From Candidatus Hydrogenedentota bacterium (GTDB lineage Bacteria > Hydrogenedentota > Hydrogenedentia > Hydrogenedentales > SLHB01): a DNA stretch of 64,000 bases. Positions 38,333 through 48,174 of this stretch are shown here, piece after piece. The position numbers and the translations under genes were made by a program. The stretch lies in contig BTVY01000011.1 of the NCBI GenBank assembly GCA_045863335.1, forward strand, positions 32,001-96,000, read 5' to 3'. The notes below the pieces were generated by a model. The model was given only the letters and a program-made list of their open reading frames with translations. It was not told where the DNA came from and ran no database searches. Positions within the stretch are counted from its first letter, which is position 1; every line of letters begins with the position of its first letter.

Positions 38333-40717
38333 GTGAGCACGACAATTCGCACTGCCCTGCGCGTCTTCATGGTGGCGATTACGGCGGCAACCCTCGTACC
38401 CAAGGCCGGGGCATTCTACCCCCAGGGATTCTTCAACGAGTTTGGGGAACTCATCATCATCACATGGCCTATCGACGTTCTTGACCGAAACAATGACGGC
38501 GATGTCAACGGCCCCAACGATGGCGTCACCCTGAACTTCGAAACCGGCAACGGGGTGGACGGATTTACTACCAACGAAGTGGCCAAGATATTGGCGGGGT
38601 ACGAAGAGTGGGAGCGCGTCTCCACGGCCTTCATTGCATTCCGGCAAGGTCAAAGCATTGTCGATCCGGTCGAGCTTACTGCCGGCCTCGACGGCATTGA
38701 TGCTTTCAACATGGTTTCCTTCGAATCGGAGGACGATGTCGAGAATAATGGCTCTCTCGTGGGTGATTCGCTTTCTATCACCCTTATCACGAACTCTTTT
38801 GAGGACACCTTCATTACCGTCGGAGACTCGACCTTTCCGGTAACCGGCGGACAAATGATCGACGTGGATACGGTCATCGGCTTCGCCGCGCGCGAGATCG
38901 AGAACACGAGTGACGAAATCTCCCTGCAGGGGTTGGCCACCTTTACCGCGGGCCTCACCATTGGTCTCGGTTACAGCCCCCTGGCAAACATTGACGAGAA
39001 CGCTACCGAGCAACTCGCCAACTTGGGCAAGTTCGTGAACGTGGAAGACCGGGTGGTAGCGATTCGGAATTTCGACGGCACCATCGGCACCCGGGGCGTG
39101 ACGTCGACCATGCTGAACGACTTCGTCGTGCACGTCGAGGACAACGGTTCGCTCACGGACTCCCATCCCGACCTGGCGCCGGACGACATCGCGGCGGTCA
39201 CCTATCTCTATCCGCGTTCCAGCATCGATATCTTCTTCGACCTGCACCAGCGCGTGCGCACCCAAGCCCTGGATGGCTACGCGTCCGAACCGATCGCCGG
39301 CGCGTGGGTCCGCGCCTGGTGCGACGCCGACAACAATCCGGGCACCGCGCGCGTTCCGTTCACCGACACCTTCACCGGCCTGTACGAATGGCAGGTGAAC
39401 ACCGACTTCCGGGGGCATTTCGAGCTCAATAACCTGATCAAACAACTCGAGACCGCTCAGGAGGTGAGCTTCGCAGCGAACTATACCTTCTCGTCCAGCG
39501 AATTCCTTCCTCCCATTTTCACCGATGACGAGCGCAGCGTATACGATACAACCCACGGCGGTTTCACATTCGGGTCTCCGGATACCCCCGCGGGAGAAGG
39601 ATTCGGCTTCGACACGCTCTTCCCAGCGGAAGTCTATTTCGAGGGCGAGAACCTCTTTGGCCTGCAGAATGTCAATCAAGGCACGCCGCTTTACTTTGAT
39701 CTCAACACGCGCACCATTCGAAGCGTGACCAGCGGCAAGTCGCTCGATACGCTCCTGGCGACGGGGCGTCCCATGTTTGGCGATCAGAGTTCCGTTTGTC
39801 CGCTGAACGTGGTCGTGGCCGGGCTGGCCCCGATGCAAACCCCGTCTGTCTTCCGCGGACTGCGCGACGATCTCTTGCTCAACACGGCAGCCGGCACGGC
39901 ACTGGTGGATGCATACTACCGCGCGGCCCCGACGATGGCTCAGTACCTCGTCGAGCACCGCAACGTTTTGGCCGCGGCCCGGCTGGTGGCTCGCGGGGTG
40001 GAATGGGCCGTCGTTCATGCCGAGCTGCTGCTTCTGCTCGTGTCGGGAGCATTGGTGACGATGCTCGCCGGCCGTTACTTGCGGCGTCGAAACGCCCGGG
40101 CCGCTTCTGCGCTGCTGCTCGCGGGGGGGATGTGCCTGATGGCCGCACCCGCAGACGCGCTCCTGTTGCCCTACGACATCTCCGACTACATGGAGCGTTC
40201 CTCCGACGTCATCCACGGCGATGTCACGTCCGTTGAATCCTACTGGACTGAAAACAATACGCAGATTGTGACCGACGTGACCGTCTGCGTGAAAACCGCC
40301 ATCAAGGGGTCGCAGAATGAAGGCGGGCTGGTTCACTTCCAACTTCCCGTTGGGAGGGTGGGCGCCGTTGGCCGGTTCTCGCCCGAAATCCCCAACTTCA
40401 AACGCGGCGAAGAGGTCGTCCTGTTCCTGAATTGCGGTGAACGGGGCTTCACGATTACGGGCGGAGTCGCCGGAAAGTACGCCGTGAAGGCGGACGCCCG
40501 AAGCGGCAAGAAGTACGTGCTGCCCGTGTCCTTCCCGGGGATGGATCGCCTGAAGAAGGAAGCCATCAAGATTCGCGAGCATAAGGCAGCCGAAGAAGGC
40601 GTCGAACTGGCGTCGGTAAACAAGGAAACCATTCCGGCGGCCATCGAGCTTCAAGAGTTTGTCGACCACCTTCGCCGGGTCGAACGGGAGCGGAATCAGG
40701 CAGACGATCGCGCCTAG
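38333..40717 (+). CDS. Exported matrixin-like pseudo-protease with internal degenerate CFI-box, TM, second signal peptide and C-terminal beta domain
   Basis: Signal AGA|F; matrixin-like scaffold (WERVSTAFIAF, DVDTVI, LQGLATFTAGLTIGLGYS, STM, LAPDDIAAVTYLYP); FRGLRDDLLLNTAAGTALVDAYYRAAP; TM; RRR; LLLAGGMCLMAAPADA|. Confidence 0.75.
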   Translation: MSTTIRTALRVFMVAITAATLVPKAGAFYPQGFFNEFGELIIITWPIDVLDRNNDGDVNGPNDGVTLNFETGNGVDGFTTNEVAKILAGYEEWERVSTAFIAFRQGQSIVDPVELTAGLDGIDAFNMVSFESEDDVENNGSLVGDSLSITLITNSFEDTFITVGDSTFPVTGGQMIDVDTVIGFAAREIENTSDEISLQGLATFTAGLTIGLGYSPLANIDENATEQLANLGKFVNVEDRVVAIRNFDGTIGTRGVTSTMLNDFVVHVEDNGSLTDSHPDLAPDDIAAVTYLYPRSSIDIFFDLHQRVRTQALDGYASEPIAGAWVRAWCDADNNPGTARVPFTDTFTGLYEWQVNTDFRGHFELNNLIKQLETAQEVSFAANYTFSSSEFLPPIFTDDERSVYDTTHGGFTFGSPDTPAGEGFGFDTLFPAEVYFEGENLFGLQNVNQGTPLYFDLNTRTIRSVTSGKSLDTLLATGRPMFGDQSSVCPLNVVVAGLAPMQTPSVFRGLRDDLLLNTAAGTALVDAYYRAAPTMAQYLVEHRNVLAAARLVARGVEWAVVHAELLLLLVSGALVTMLAGRYLRRRNARAASALLLAGGMCLMAAPADALLLPYDISDYMERSSDVIHGDVTSVESYWTENNTQIVTDVTVCVKTAIKGSQNEGGLVHFQLPVGRVGAVGRFSPEIPNFKRGEEVVLFLNCGERGFTITGGVAGKYAVKADARSGKKYVLPVSFPGMDRLKKEAIKIREHKAAEEGVELASVNKETIPAAIELQEFVDHLRRVERERNQADDRA

Positions 40718-40743
40718 AAATCCCTGAAACGGAATCGTCTAAC

Positions 40744-40782
40744 ATCAAGCCTCGTGCGACAGGAAGACGCGCGAGGCTTGAT
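40744..40782 (+). terminator. 15-bp hairpin after the pseudo-protease gene (terminator or stability element)
   Basis: ATCAAGCCTCGTGCG/CGCGCGAGGCTTGAT with one G-U pair; weak U tract. Confidence 0.5.
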
Positions 40783-41187
40783 TCTGTCAAAGAGCCGCTG
40801 GCGGGGGAGTGATCCACCCGGCCGAAAACCCGCATTTCCCGGCACGGACCATACCCGGCGCAATGTCAGGAGAGTTCCGCAATTCAATCCGTAACATTGC
40901 ATCGACTCAGGTGGTCCGATAGACTGTGGGCTCTTCGGCGGAACGGTGCGCTCGGATGCGTCAACCTTGATTCCCGGCAGTGCGTTACCCCAATGTTATT
41001 AACGGCTTCGAGATACGTGCCCGCGTAGCCGGGATTGGCCGGTGAGCGTAGCCCCAGCGCGAGGGCGGGATCTGCCAACCGCAACGCTATATCTAGCCGC
41101 CCGCTTGCGGGTGACCGCAAGAACTTGGGTGGAAAATCGCCACGACGTGCCGCGGGTGCGGGACACGAGAGTGATACGGAGGATAAC

Positions 41188-42108
41188 ATGGTCAAGGGCC
41201 TGCTCATTCGACAGGCGTTTGTCATTATCGATCTAGGGCTCGCCCTGCTTGTTGCGTTTGTGATGTATCTGATTGCCGAGCAACAGTTGGAATCGCGGGC
41301 GCCTAAGGTGAGCCTTCCTCCCATCGATCCGGGTGAAGGATCGAACGTAGAACTAGCCAAGCTGGGACCGCAGAACGAGTACGACGTCATTGGAAGCAGC
41401 GGTCTTTTTGGCGCGGCGGGAGACATGGCCGAGCCGGCCCAAACCGAGCTACCCCCTGTAAGCATGGAGCCGCCGCCGCCGACCCTGCGTTTGCACGCAA
41501 CTGCGGCCACGGGAGGCCCCGAAAACCGGCTGTCCACGGCGATCATCGAGAATAGCGCGGCCCAGTCCGTCCAGAAAATCTCTGCCTACTACCTCGGCCA
41601 GCCGGTAACGGACGAACTCGTATTGAAAGAGGTCTACCCCCGGAAGGTCATTCTAGAGAATCCGACAAAGAACTCGTTTTCCGAACTGCTCATGGCCGAA
41701 GCCGATGAGAAGCCGTCGCAGGCAGTGGCGGCGATGGCAGCCCGTCAACCCCGTCAGCCGGTCCAAACGGCACAGAATACGGATGCAATCGCGTTGGACC
41801 GCAACGCGGTCGCGGAGGAATTGGCGACGTACGACTACGCCGACGTGGTCAATACGCTCAATCCCGAAATGGCCGAAGACGAGAACGGCAACGTCACGGG
41901 GATTACGTCCTCGAATTTTGCCGCGGTGCCGCTCGCGGCCGAAGTGGGCCTGCAGAACGGCGACGTCATCAACACGGTCAACGGCATCAAAATCGACAGC
42001 GACCAGAAGCTCATGGAAATATTCACGAAGTTTTCAAACGCGAGCACCTTTCGGCTAGGCATCACGCGGAACGGTTCGCCGCAAATGCTCACGTTCAAAT
42101 TGGAGTGA
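41188..42108 (+). CDS. gspC: Type II secretion protein C (TM + HR + PDZ)
   Basis: GGAGG + ATG 41188; TM; HR-like LRLHAT...AIIEN; PDZ GLQNGDVINTVNGI...ITRNG; directly upstream of the secretin. Confidence 0.8.
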   Translation: MVKGLLIRQAFVIIDLGLALLVAFVMYLIAEQQLESRAPKVSLPPIDPGEGSNVELAKLGPQNEYDVIGSSGLFGAAGDMAEPAQTELPPVSMEPPPPTLRLHATAATGGPENRLSTAIIENSAAQSVQKISAYYLGQPVTDELVLKEVYPRKVILENPTKNSFSELLMAEADEKPSQAVAAMAARQPRQPVQTAQNTDAIALDRNAVAEELATYDYADVVNTLNPEMAEDENGNVTGITSSNFAAVPLAAEVGLQNGDVINTVNGIKIDSDQKLMEIFTKFSNASTFRLGITRNGSPQMLTFKLE

Positions 42109-42118
42109 CCAGCGGAAG

Positions 42119-44719
42119 ATGGATAGGATGACCAGTGGCTTCAGAATCCCTCGACGGGCAGACCGGGCGCTTCGCCTTTTAGTTCCAATGCTAGCACTCG
42201 TTCTGGCGACTCCGTCCCTGCGCGCACAAGATGACACAACCCCTGCTCCCCTCGGTTCCGCCGTTAACACTGACCGGGGGGATGGAGAAGCGAAGGGGAG
42301 ACGCGCGGAACGCAAGCGACAGCGGGCGGCCGAAACCGCAACGGAATCCGAGGTCGCACCAGAGAATGGTTTGCCCGAAGCCGCCGATCCCGGTCCGGAA
42401 CCGGAACTAGCCCAAGCCGCGACGGAAGCTCCGGATGTGTCGATGCCGAATTCGCCCGTCGTTCTCCCGCAGGGCGCCGTGGCAACGTCGCGGGCGGCCG
42501 AGGGTCGGCAGGCGCCCGGGGCAACCGCTGAGGACGTCAGGCAGATCGGAACGCCGCAGGAGTCTCCCGAACTGCCGGAAAACGAATACCGCATCAAGTC
42601 CGGCGAGCCCACCAACAAACCAATACGATTGGATGTGGACAACCAAGACCTGGGAGTCGTCATTCAGATGCTCGCGCCCATGATTGGCAAGACCTTCGAC
42701 ATCGACCAGCAGGTTGCGGCGCAAAAAGTGACCGTTATCAGCCACGACGAGATTCCCGCGGACATGGCCTATTACGTGCTCGAATCCATACTCGCGTCTC
42801 GCGGCATGAAGATGGTTCAGACGCTGGACGGGAATCTCATCAAGATTCGTCCGATTGGCGAAGATCTTGCCTATGCCCCGATTGTCGTCGATGGCGAAAC
42901 CGAGCCCGAAGGATACGATAGCTACGCGTATCACATCGTTCAGGTGAACTACGGGGATCCGGTTGAACTGTCGAATCTGCTGAAGACGGTGGGGTCGAAC
43001 CAGGCCCAGGTGAACGTGTACGCCAAAACGCGCACCTTAATCCTCTACGATACGGCTGTCGGCCTTCGGAATATGCTCAAGTTGCTTGAGACCGTGGACT
43101 TGCCCGGTTACGACGAGGCCGTCGAATTTTTCTGGTTGAAGTTCACCCGTGCCGAAGTCATTGCGGAACAGATCGAGCAAGTGCTGCTCGGCGGCGAGGG
43201 CGAGGCCCAGGCCGGGGCGGTTCCTTCGGCGCCCCAGGTTCGTACGCCGGCCACGTTGCGCGCCCAGCGACAAACGGCGCTTCAGACGGAATCTACGATC
43301 ATCGGCGCCGAGTTTTCGCTTCGCATGGTGCCCGACGAAAGGCTCAACGCGCTCATCGTGGTTGCGTCGCAACCGCTCATGGAGCAAGTTCGCGACTTGG
43401 TGGAACGGCTCGATACGCCCACAACCCCCGATACCAACAATTTCCACGTGCGCGAATTGCTCCACGCCGACGCGGAAGCGATGGAGACTGCACTGAACGC
43501 CATGATCGGCGGCGTGTCGCCTCGTCAAACCGGAACCGGCGGCGGGGGCGGCGGACAGCAAGGGGCACCCGTCGCAGCCGGAACCGGCGAAGTGCAGCCC
43601 TTCGAGAAGCAGGTCACCATTACCCGCTACGATCAAACGAACGCGCTGCTTATTGTCGCGTCGCCCCAGGACTTCAAGGTGCTCGACAACGTCATCGCGC
43701 AACTGGACGTGCCCGCCCGGCAAGTCCATGTGGAAGCGCAAATCCTCGAAGTCTCCATCAACGATCGGTATCGGCTCGCCGTTGAGTCCGCCGGGCTGAC
43801 GGCAAACGACTACTTTGCCTTGAACAATGTGGTGAATTTGGCCAACGTGTTGACGCAAGGCCCCCTCGGCGCGCTGGAAAACGCGGAAGACATCTTGAAC
43901 GTCGGAATTATCGACGGGACGACCGAGATTACGCTTCCAGACGGCGCGGGCGGTTTCATTACGCAGGAGATTCCAAACATTCCACTCCTGCTTACCGCGC
44001 TCGAATCGTTGACCGCGCTGGACGTGCTCTCGCGGCCCAGCCTCACCACCGTGGACAACGAAGAAGCCCACATCCTCGACGGTCAAGAGGTTCCGGTGAT
44101 CACAGGGTCGCAGCGTCCGCTGGATTCCGGTTCCGGCGTTACGACCAGTAGTCTGTTCAACCAGACGCAGCGCCGCGACGTGGGTATCCAATTGACGGTT
44201 ACGCCCCAAATAAGTGAGGGCGATTACGTGTTTCTGGAACTGGAGGTCTCCGTCGAACGTCCAATTCAAAGCACGATCGGGCTTGATCCCAACCTGGTCG
44301 GTCCGACGTTCTCAAAGTCGGAAATCACGAACAAGGTGGTAGTTCGGGACGGGTCCACCGGCGTGCTGGGCGGGCTCATCAGCGAAAGCACCGATCGCTC
44401 GAAGCGCCAAACCCCTATCCTGGGCGATGTCCCGGGCTTGGGCTGGTTGTTTCGCAGAAAAGACGACCAGCGCGGCAAGCGCAACCTCGTTGTTCTGATC
44501 ACGCCGCATATCATGAAGGAGGGAATCGACTATGACCGCAAGACCGAAGCGGAAATCGACTACGCCACCAAAGCGAATGCGGATATCCTGTTTGAGAAGG
44601 GCTTTATCAAGAAAGTGACCGGCAAGCACCAGATGCGGCAGGACTATCGGCCGACCGAATCCGCGCTCGAAGAAGTGCGGTCTGAACAAGGTTTCCAGCG
44701 CGGAGATGTATCGAGATAA
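42119..44719 (+). CDS. gspD: Type II secretion secretin D
   Basis: N0-N3 repeats (PDERLNALIV, YDQTNALLI), LDVPARQVHVEAQILEV, LSRPSLTTVDNEEA, RDVGIQLTVTPQI, PILGDVPGLGWLF, LVVLITPHI. Confidence 0.93.
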   Translation: MDRMTSGFRIPRRADRALRLLVPMLALVLATPSLRAQDDTTPAPLGSAVNTDRGDGEAKGRRAERKRQRAAETATESEVAPENGLPEAADPGPEPELAQAATEAPDVSMPNSPVVLPQGAVATSRAAEGRQAPGATAEDVRQIGTPQESPELPENEYRIKSGEPTNKPIRLDVDNQDLGVVIQMLAPMIGKTFDIDQQVAAQKVTVISHDEIPADMAYYVLESILASRGMKMVQTLDGNLIKIRPIGEDLAYAPIVVDGETEPEGYDSYAYHIVQVNYGDPVELSNLLKTVGSNQAQVNVYAKTRTLILYDTAVGLRNMLKLLETVDLPGYDEAVEFFWLKFTRAEVIAEQIEQVLLGGEGEAQAGAVPSAPQVRTPATLRAQRQTALQTESTIIGAEFSLRMVPDERLNALIVVASQPLMEQVRDLVERLDTPTTPDTNNFHVRELLHADAEAMETALNAMIGGVSPRQTGTGGGGGGQQGAPVAAGTGEVQPFEKQVTITRYDQTNALLIVASPQDFKVLDNVIAQLDVPARQVHVEAQILEVSINDRYRLAVESAGLTANDYFALNNVVNLANVLTQGPLGALENAEDILNVGIIDGTTEITLPDGAGGFITQEIPNIPLLLTALESLTALDVLSRPSLTTVDNEEAHILDGQEVPVITGSQRPLDSGSGVTTSSLFNQTQRRDVGIQLTVTPQISEGDYVFLELEVSVERPIQSTIGLDPNLVGPTFSKSEITNKVVVRDGSTGVLGGLISESTDRSKRQTPILGDVPGLGWLFRRKDDQRGKRNLVVLITPHIMKEGIDYDRKTEAEIDYATKANADILFEKGFIKKVTGKHQMRQDYRPTESALEEVRSEQGFQRGDVSR

Positions 44720-44721
44720 CC

Positions 44722-46458
44722 GTGTCTACTGAACGACCGACATTGCTTGGCGAAATACTCGTCGCCCACGGCCACGCCCATCAGGAGCAGGTGGACGAAG
44801 GGCTTGAGTTGCAGCGCATTCGTCCCAAACGTATTGGCGAGATCCTCATGGATGTCGGATACGTGGAGGAGGAGCACGTTCTCGAAGCCTTAAGCGACCA
44901 GTTCTCCATCCCCTACGAAAAGAACATTCACGAGTCGCTGGATTCGTCCCTCACCACAAAGGTGCCGATCAACTTCATTCGCGAATATCGCATGGTGCCA
45001 TTCCGCCAGAACGGTTCCGCTTTCTACGTCGCCATTAACGATCCCGTCAACCTGCTCCCGCTGGACGATCTCCGGTTGTTGCTCGGAGGCCCCGTGCTTC
45101 CGGTGCTGTGCCGGGAAGTGGAAATCCAGCAGGTCATCGACAATTATTTCGATCAGCAGGGCGAAAACGCGCGCGATATGATCGACAACATCGTGTTGTC
45201 TGGCGACGACGATGCCGACATCCCTTCTCTGGACGGGCTCGATTCCGAACGCGACCTGCTCGATCTTGCGAACGAAGCGCCCATCATCAAACTCATCAAT
45301 CTGCTCATCTCCGGCGCGGTGAAGGAACGGGCATCGGATATTCACGTCGAACCTTTCGAGCGGGAGGTGCGTGTCCGGTACCGCATTGACGGTGTGCTCT
45401 ACGAGAAATTGTCGGTACCCAAGTCGCAGCAGGCGGCCATCATCTCCCGTGTGAAGATCATGGCGAACCTCAATATTGCCGAGCATCGCCTGCCCCAGGA
45501 CGGACGCATCAAGATCCGGCTCAGCGGCAAAGAGATTGATATCCGCGTGTCCATCATCCCCATTGCTTACGGCGAACGCGTCGTCATGCGTATTCTCGAG
45601 AAGGGCAATTTCCTCTTCGGGCTCGAAGAACTGGGCATGGACCAGCACGACTTCAAGTTGTTCAACAAGCTCATCACCAGTTCTCACGGCATCATCCTTG
45701 TGACGGGGCCGACGGGATCGGGAAAATCGACCACCCTGTATGCCGGCCTGCAACGGGTTAGTTCGCCGGAATTGAACATCATCACCGTCGAAGACCCTAT
45801 TGAATACCAGATGCCCGGCATCGGCCAGATTCAGGTGCGCCCCAAGATCGGCCTTACGTTCGCTGCTGGTTTGCGCAGTATTCTTCGCCAAGACCCGGAC
45901 GTCATTCTCGTCGGCGAAATCCGCGACCTCGAAACGGCGGACATGGCCATTCAGGCGTCCTTGACCGGTCACCTGGTGTTTTCCACGCTCCACACCAACG
46001 ACAGTTCCGGCGCCATCACGCGACTGGTCAACATGGGCATTGAGCCATTCCTCGTGAGTTCGTCCACGATCGCGATCCTGGCGCAGCGCCTGGTCCGCAA
46101 CATCTGCAAGCATTGCAAGGAAGAGTATGAACCGGAACTCGAGAGCTTGCTGGAACTGGGATTGACCGAAGACCAGGCCCGGGGAAAGACGGCGTTTCGC
46201 GGGCTCGGCTGCGAGCGCTGTCAGGGACGCGGGTATTTCGGCCGGACTGGTATTTTTGAACTGCTCGTCATGACGGCTCGCGTGCAGGAACTGACCCTGC
46301 AGGGCGCGGATTCCAATGTCATCAAACGTGAAGCCAAACGGGAAGGCATGCGCACGCTTCGGGAAGACGGCGCCTCCAAAGTATTCAAGGGCGTGTCAAC
46401 GATCGAGGAGGTGATGCGCGTTACTCGAGATGACATCCTCATGGAAGTGACGGAGTAG
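44722..46458 (+). CDS. gspE: Type II secretion ATPase E with MshEN-like N-terminus
   Basis: RASDIHVEP, RLPQDGR, GPTGSGKSTT, TVEDPIEY, LRQDPDVILVGEIRD, TLHTND, CKHC...CERC. Confidence 0.95.
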   Translation: MSTERPTLLGEILVAHGHAHQEQVDEGLELQRIRPKRIGEILMDVGYVEEEHVLEALSDQFSIPYEKNIHESLDSSLTTKVPINFIREYRMVPFRQNGSAFYVAINDPVNLLPLDDLRLLLGGPVLPVLCREVEIQQVIDNYFDQQGENARDMIDNIVLSGDDDADIPSLDGLDSERDLLDLANEAPIIKLINLLISGAVKERASDIHVEPFEREVRVRYRIDGVLYEKLSVPKSQQAAIISRVKIMANLNIAEHRLPQDGRIKIRLSGKEIDIRVSIIPIAYGERVVMRILEKGNFLFGLEELGMDQHDFKLFNKLITSSHGIILVTGPTGSGKSTTLYAGLQRVSSPELNIITVEDPIEYQMPGIGQIQVRPKIGLTFAAGLRSILRQDPDVILVGEIRDLETADMAIQASLTGHLVFSTLHTNDSSGAITRLVNMGIEPFLVSSSTIAILAQRLVRNICKHCKEEYEPELESLLELGLTEDQARGKTAFRGLGCERCQGRGYFGRTGIFELLVMTARVQELTLQGADSNVIKREAKREGMRTLREDGASKVFKGVSTIEEVMRVTRDDILMEVTE

Positions 46459-46462
46459 CGCG

Positions 46463-47683
46463 ATGGCGGTTTTCGAATACGAGGCAATGGCCAAGAGTGG
46501 CAAGGCGGTCCGCGGCATTATCGACGCCGACACACCTGCAGCCGCACGCCGGAAACTCCGGGAACAGGCCCTTTACCCCACGAAGCTGGAAGAGACGTCC
46601 GCGAAGTCGGCTTCGGGCCGTGGCAAGGGCGAGTCAAGCACCAGTTTCAGCCGCGTTTCCAACCGGGACGTGGCGATCATGACGCGCCAGTTGGCGGTCC
46701 TGTTGCAGGCCGGGATGCCGCTCGTCGAAGCCCTTGGCGCATTGCTTGAGCAGACCTCCAATCAACGCCTGCGAAAGACCATCTACGAAGTCCGCGACCG
46801 CGTCAACGAAGGTGTCACGCTCGCGGATTCGCTAGCGGCGCACAGCCGGATATTTTCCGAACTCTACGTGAACATGGTGCGGGCGGGTGAAGCGAGCGGC
46901 GCATTGGAAAGCGTTTTGCTCCGCCTCGCGGACATTCTCGAACGCCAGGTGCGGTTGAAAAACAAGATCGCGTCCATGCTGGCCTATCCCATCCTCATGG
47001 CGCTCGTCGGCACGGGCATCATTACCTTCATGATGGGGTTCATCGTTCCCAAGATCGTGCAGATCTTCGAGAAGCAGCAGCGGGAACTTCCCCTGGTGAC
47101 CACGATCATGATCACCACCTGCAACTTCATTCGCGAGTGGTGGATTCTCATTTTGCTCTGTATCGCGGGCGGATTTGTACTGTGGCGCATCTGGGTGGGC
47201 CGTCCCGAAGGGCGCCGCCGCTGGGATGCTATCAAGCTTCGCATGCCCGTGATGGGCGCCCTCTACGTCAAGATGATCAGCGCCCGGTTCTCGCGAACCC
47301 TCGGCACCATGCTGCAGAGCGGCCTCATCATGATGACCGCCCTGGACGTGGTAAAGAGTGTCGTCGAAAACAAGGTCGTCGAAAATGCCATGGACGACGT
47401 GAAGAGCGGTGTCCGCCGCGGTCGTGACCTGACGGTCCCCTTGCGGGAAACGGGCGTCTTTCCGCCCATGCTGATTCATATGGTGGAGTTGGGGCAGCGA
47501 AGCGGCGAGTTGGAGAACATGTTGATCCGCGTGGCGGACACCTACGATGAAGATATCGAGATGACGGTAAACGGCATCGTTAGCTTGCTGGAGCCGCTCA
47601 TGATCGTCGTGATGGGTGTTGTCGTCGGTTTCCTGGTGTTTTCCATCCTGCTGCCCATATTCGACATGAGTTCCGGAATTTGA
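46463..47683 (+). CDS. gspF: Type II secretion platform protein F
   Basis: TRQLAVLLQAGMPL, MVRAGEASGAL, YP, GQRSGEL, LLEP, ILLPI. Confidence 0.95.
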   Translation: MAVFEYEAMAKSGKAVRGIIDADTPAAARRKLREQALYPTKLEETSAKSASGRGKGESSTSFSRVSNRDVAIMTRQLAVLLQAGMPLVEALGALLEQTSNQRLRKTIYEVRDRVNEGVTLADSLAAHSRIFSELYVNMVRAGEASGALESVLLRLADILERQVRLKNKIASMLAYPILMALVGTGIITFMMGFIVPKIVQIFEKQQRELPLVTTIMITTCNFIREWWILILLCIAGGFVLWRIWVGRPEGRRRWDAIKLRMPVMGALYVKMISARFSRTLGTMLQSGLIMMTALDVVKSVVENKVVENAMDDVKSGVRRGRDLTVPLRETGVFPPMLIHMVELGQRSGELENMLIRVADTYDEDIEMTVNGIVSLLEPLMIVVMGVVVGFLVFSILLPIFDMSSGI

Positions 47684-47697
47684 CGAGGAGAGGTCCC

Positions 47698-48162
47698 ATG
47701 AACGCAACATGCATTTCCCACTCAGACCGGCGGTCCCTGTCAGCGAGCCGGAACGCCCAATCGGGGTTCACCCTGATCGAGTTGATGGTCGTGATTGTCA
47801 TCCTGGGTCTGCTCGCTGCCGTGGTGGTGCCCCGGTTCATCGGCGCAACGGACGACGCGAAGGTCGCCGCCGCCAAGACGCAGGTACACGCCTTTCGCAT
47901 GGCGCTGGACATGTACAAGCTGAAGTTCGGCAATTATCCAAAGACCTCGGAAGGGCTTCAGGCGCTCATTAACAATCCGAAGCAGAATTTCCTTCAGGAA
48001 GAGAACATTCCGCCCGATCCTTGGGGCAATCCCTATCAGTACACCGCTCCGGGCAATAACGGCCGCGATTACGATCTCCAGTCGTTTGGCGCCGACGGTG
48101 CGCCCGGCGGCACCGGGTTCAATGCGGACGTCCAGAGCTGGAACCTCCAGGCGAGCGAGTAA
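47698..48162 (+). CDS. gspG: Major pseudopilin G
   Basis: G|FTLIELMVVIVILGLLAAVVVP, ALDMYKL, DPWGNPYQY, SFGADGAPGG. Confidence 0.95.
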   Translation: MNATCISHSDRRSLSASRNAQSGFTLIELMVVIVILGLLAAVVVPRFIGATDDAKVAAAKTQVHAFRMALDMYKLKFGNYPKTSEGLQALINNPKQNFLQEENIPPDPWGNPYQYTAPGNNGRDYDLQSFGADGAPGGTGFNADVQSWNLQASE

Positions 48163-48174
48163 CGTGAGCAGGTC

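Noticed and set aside
38153-40669. 838-aa minus-strand ORF and other long antisense ORFs (e.g. 57232-58980, 51492-52961, 43037-44269)
   Set aside because: Codon-register shadows of well-supported plus-strand genes in GC-rich DNA; no recognisable motifs.
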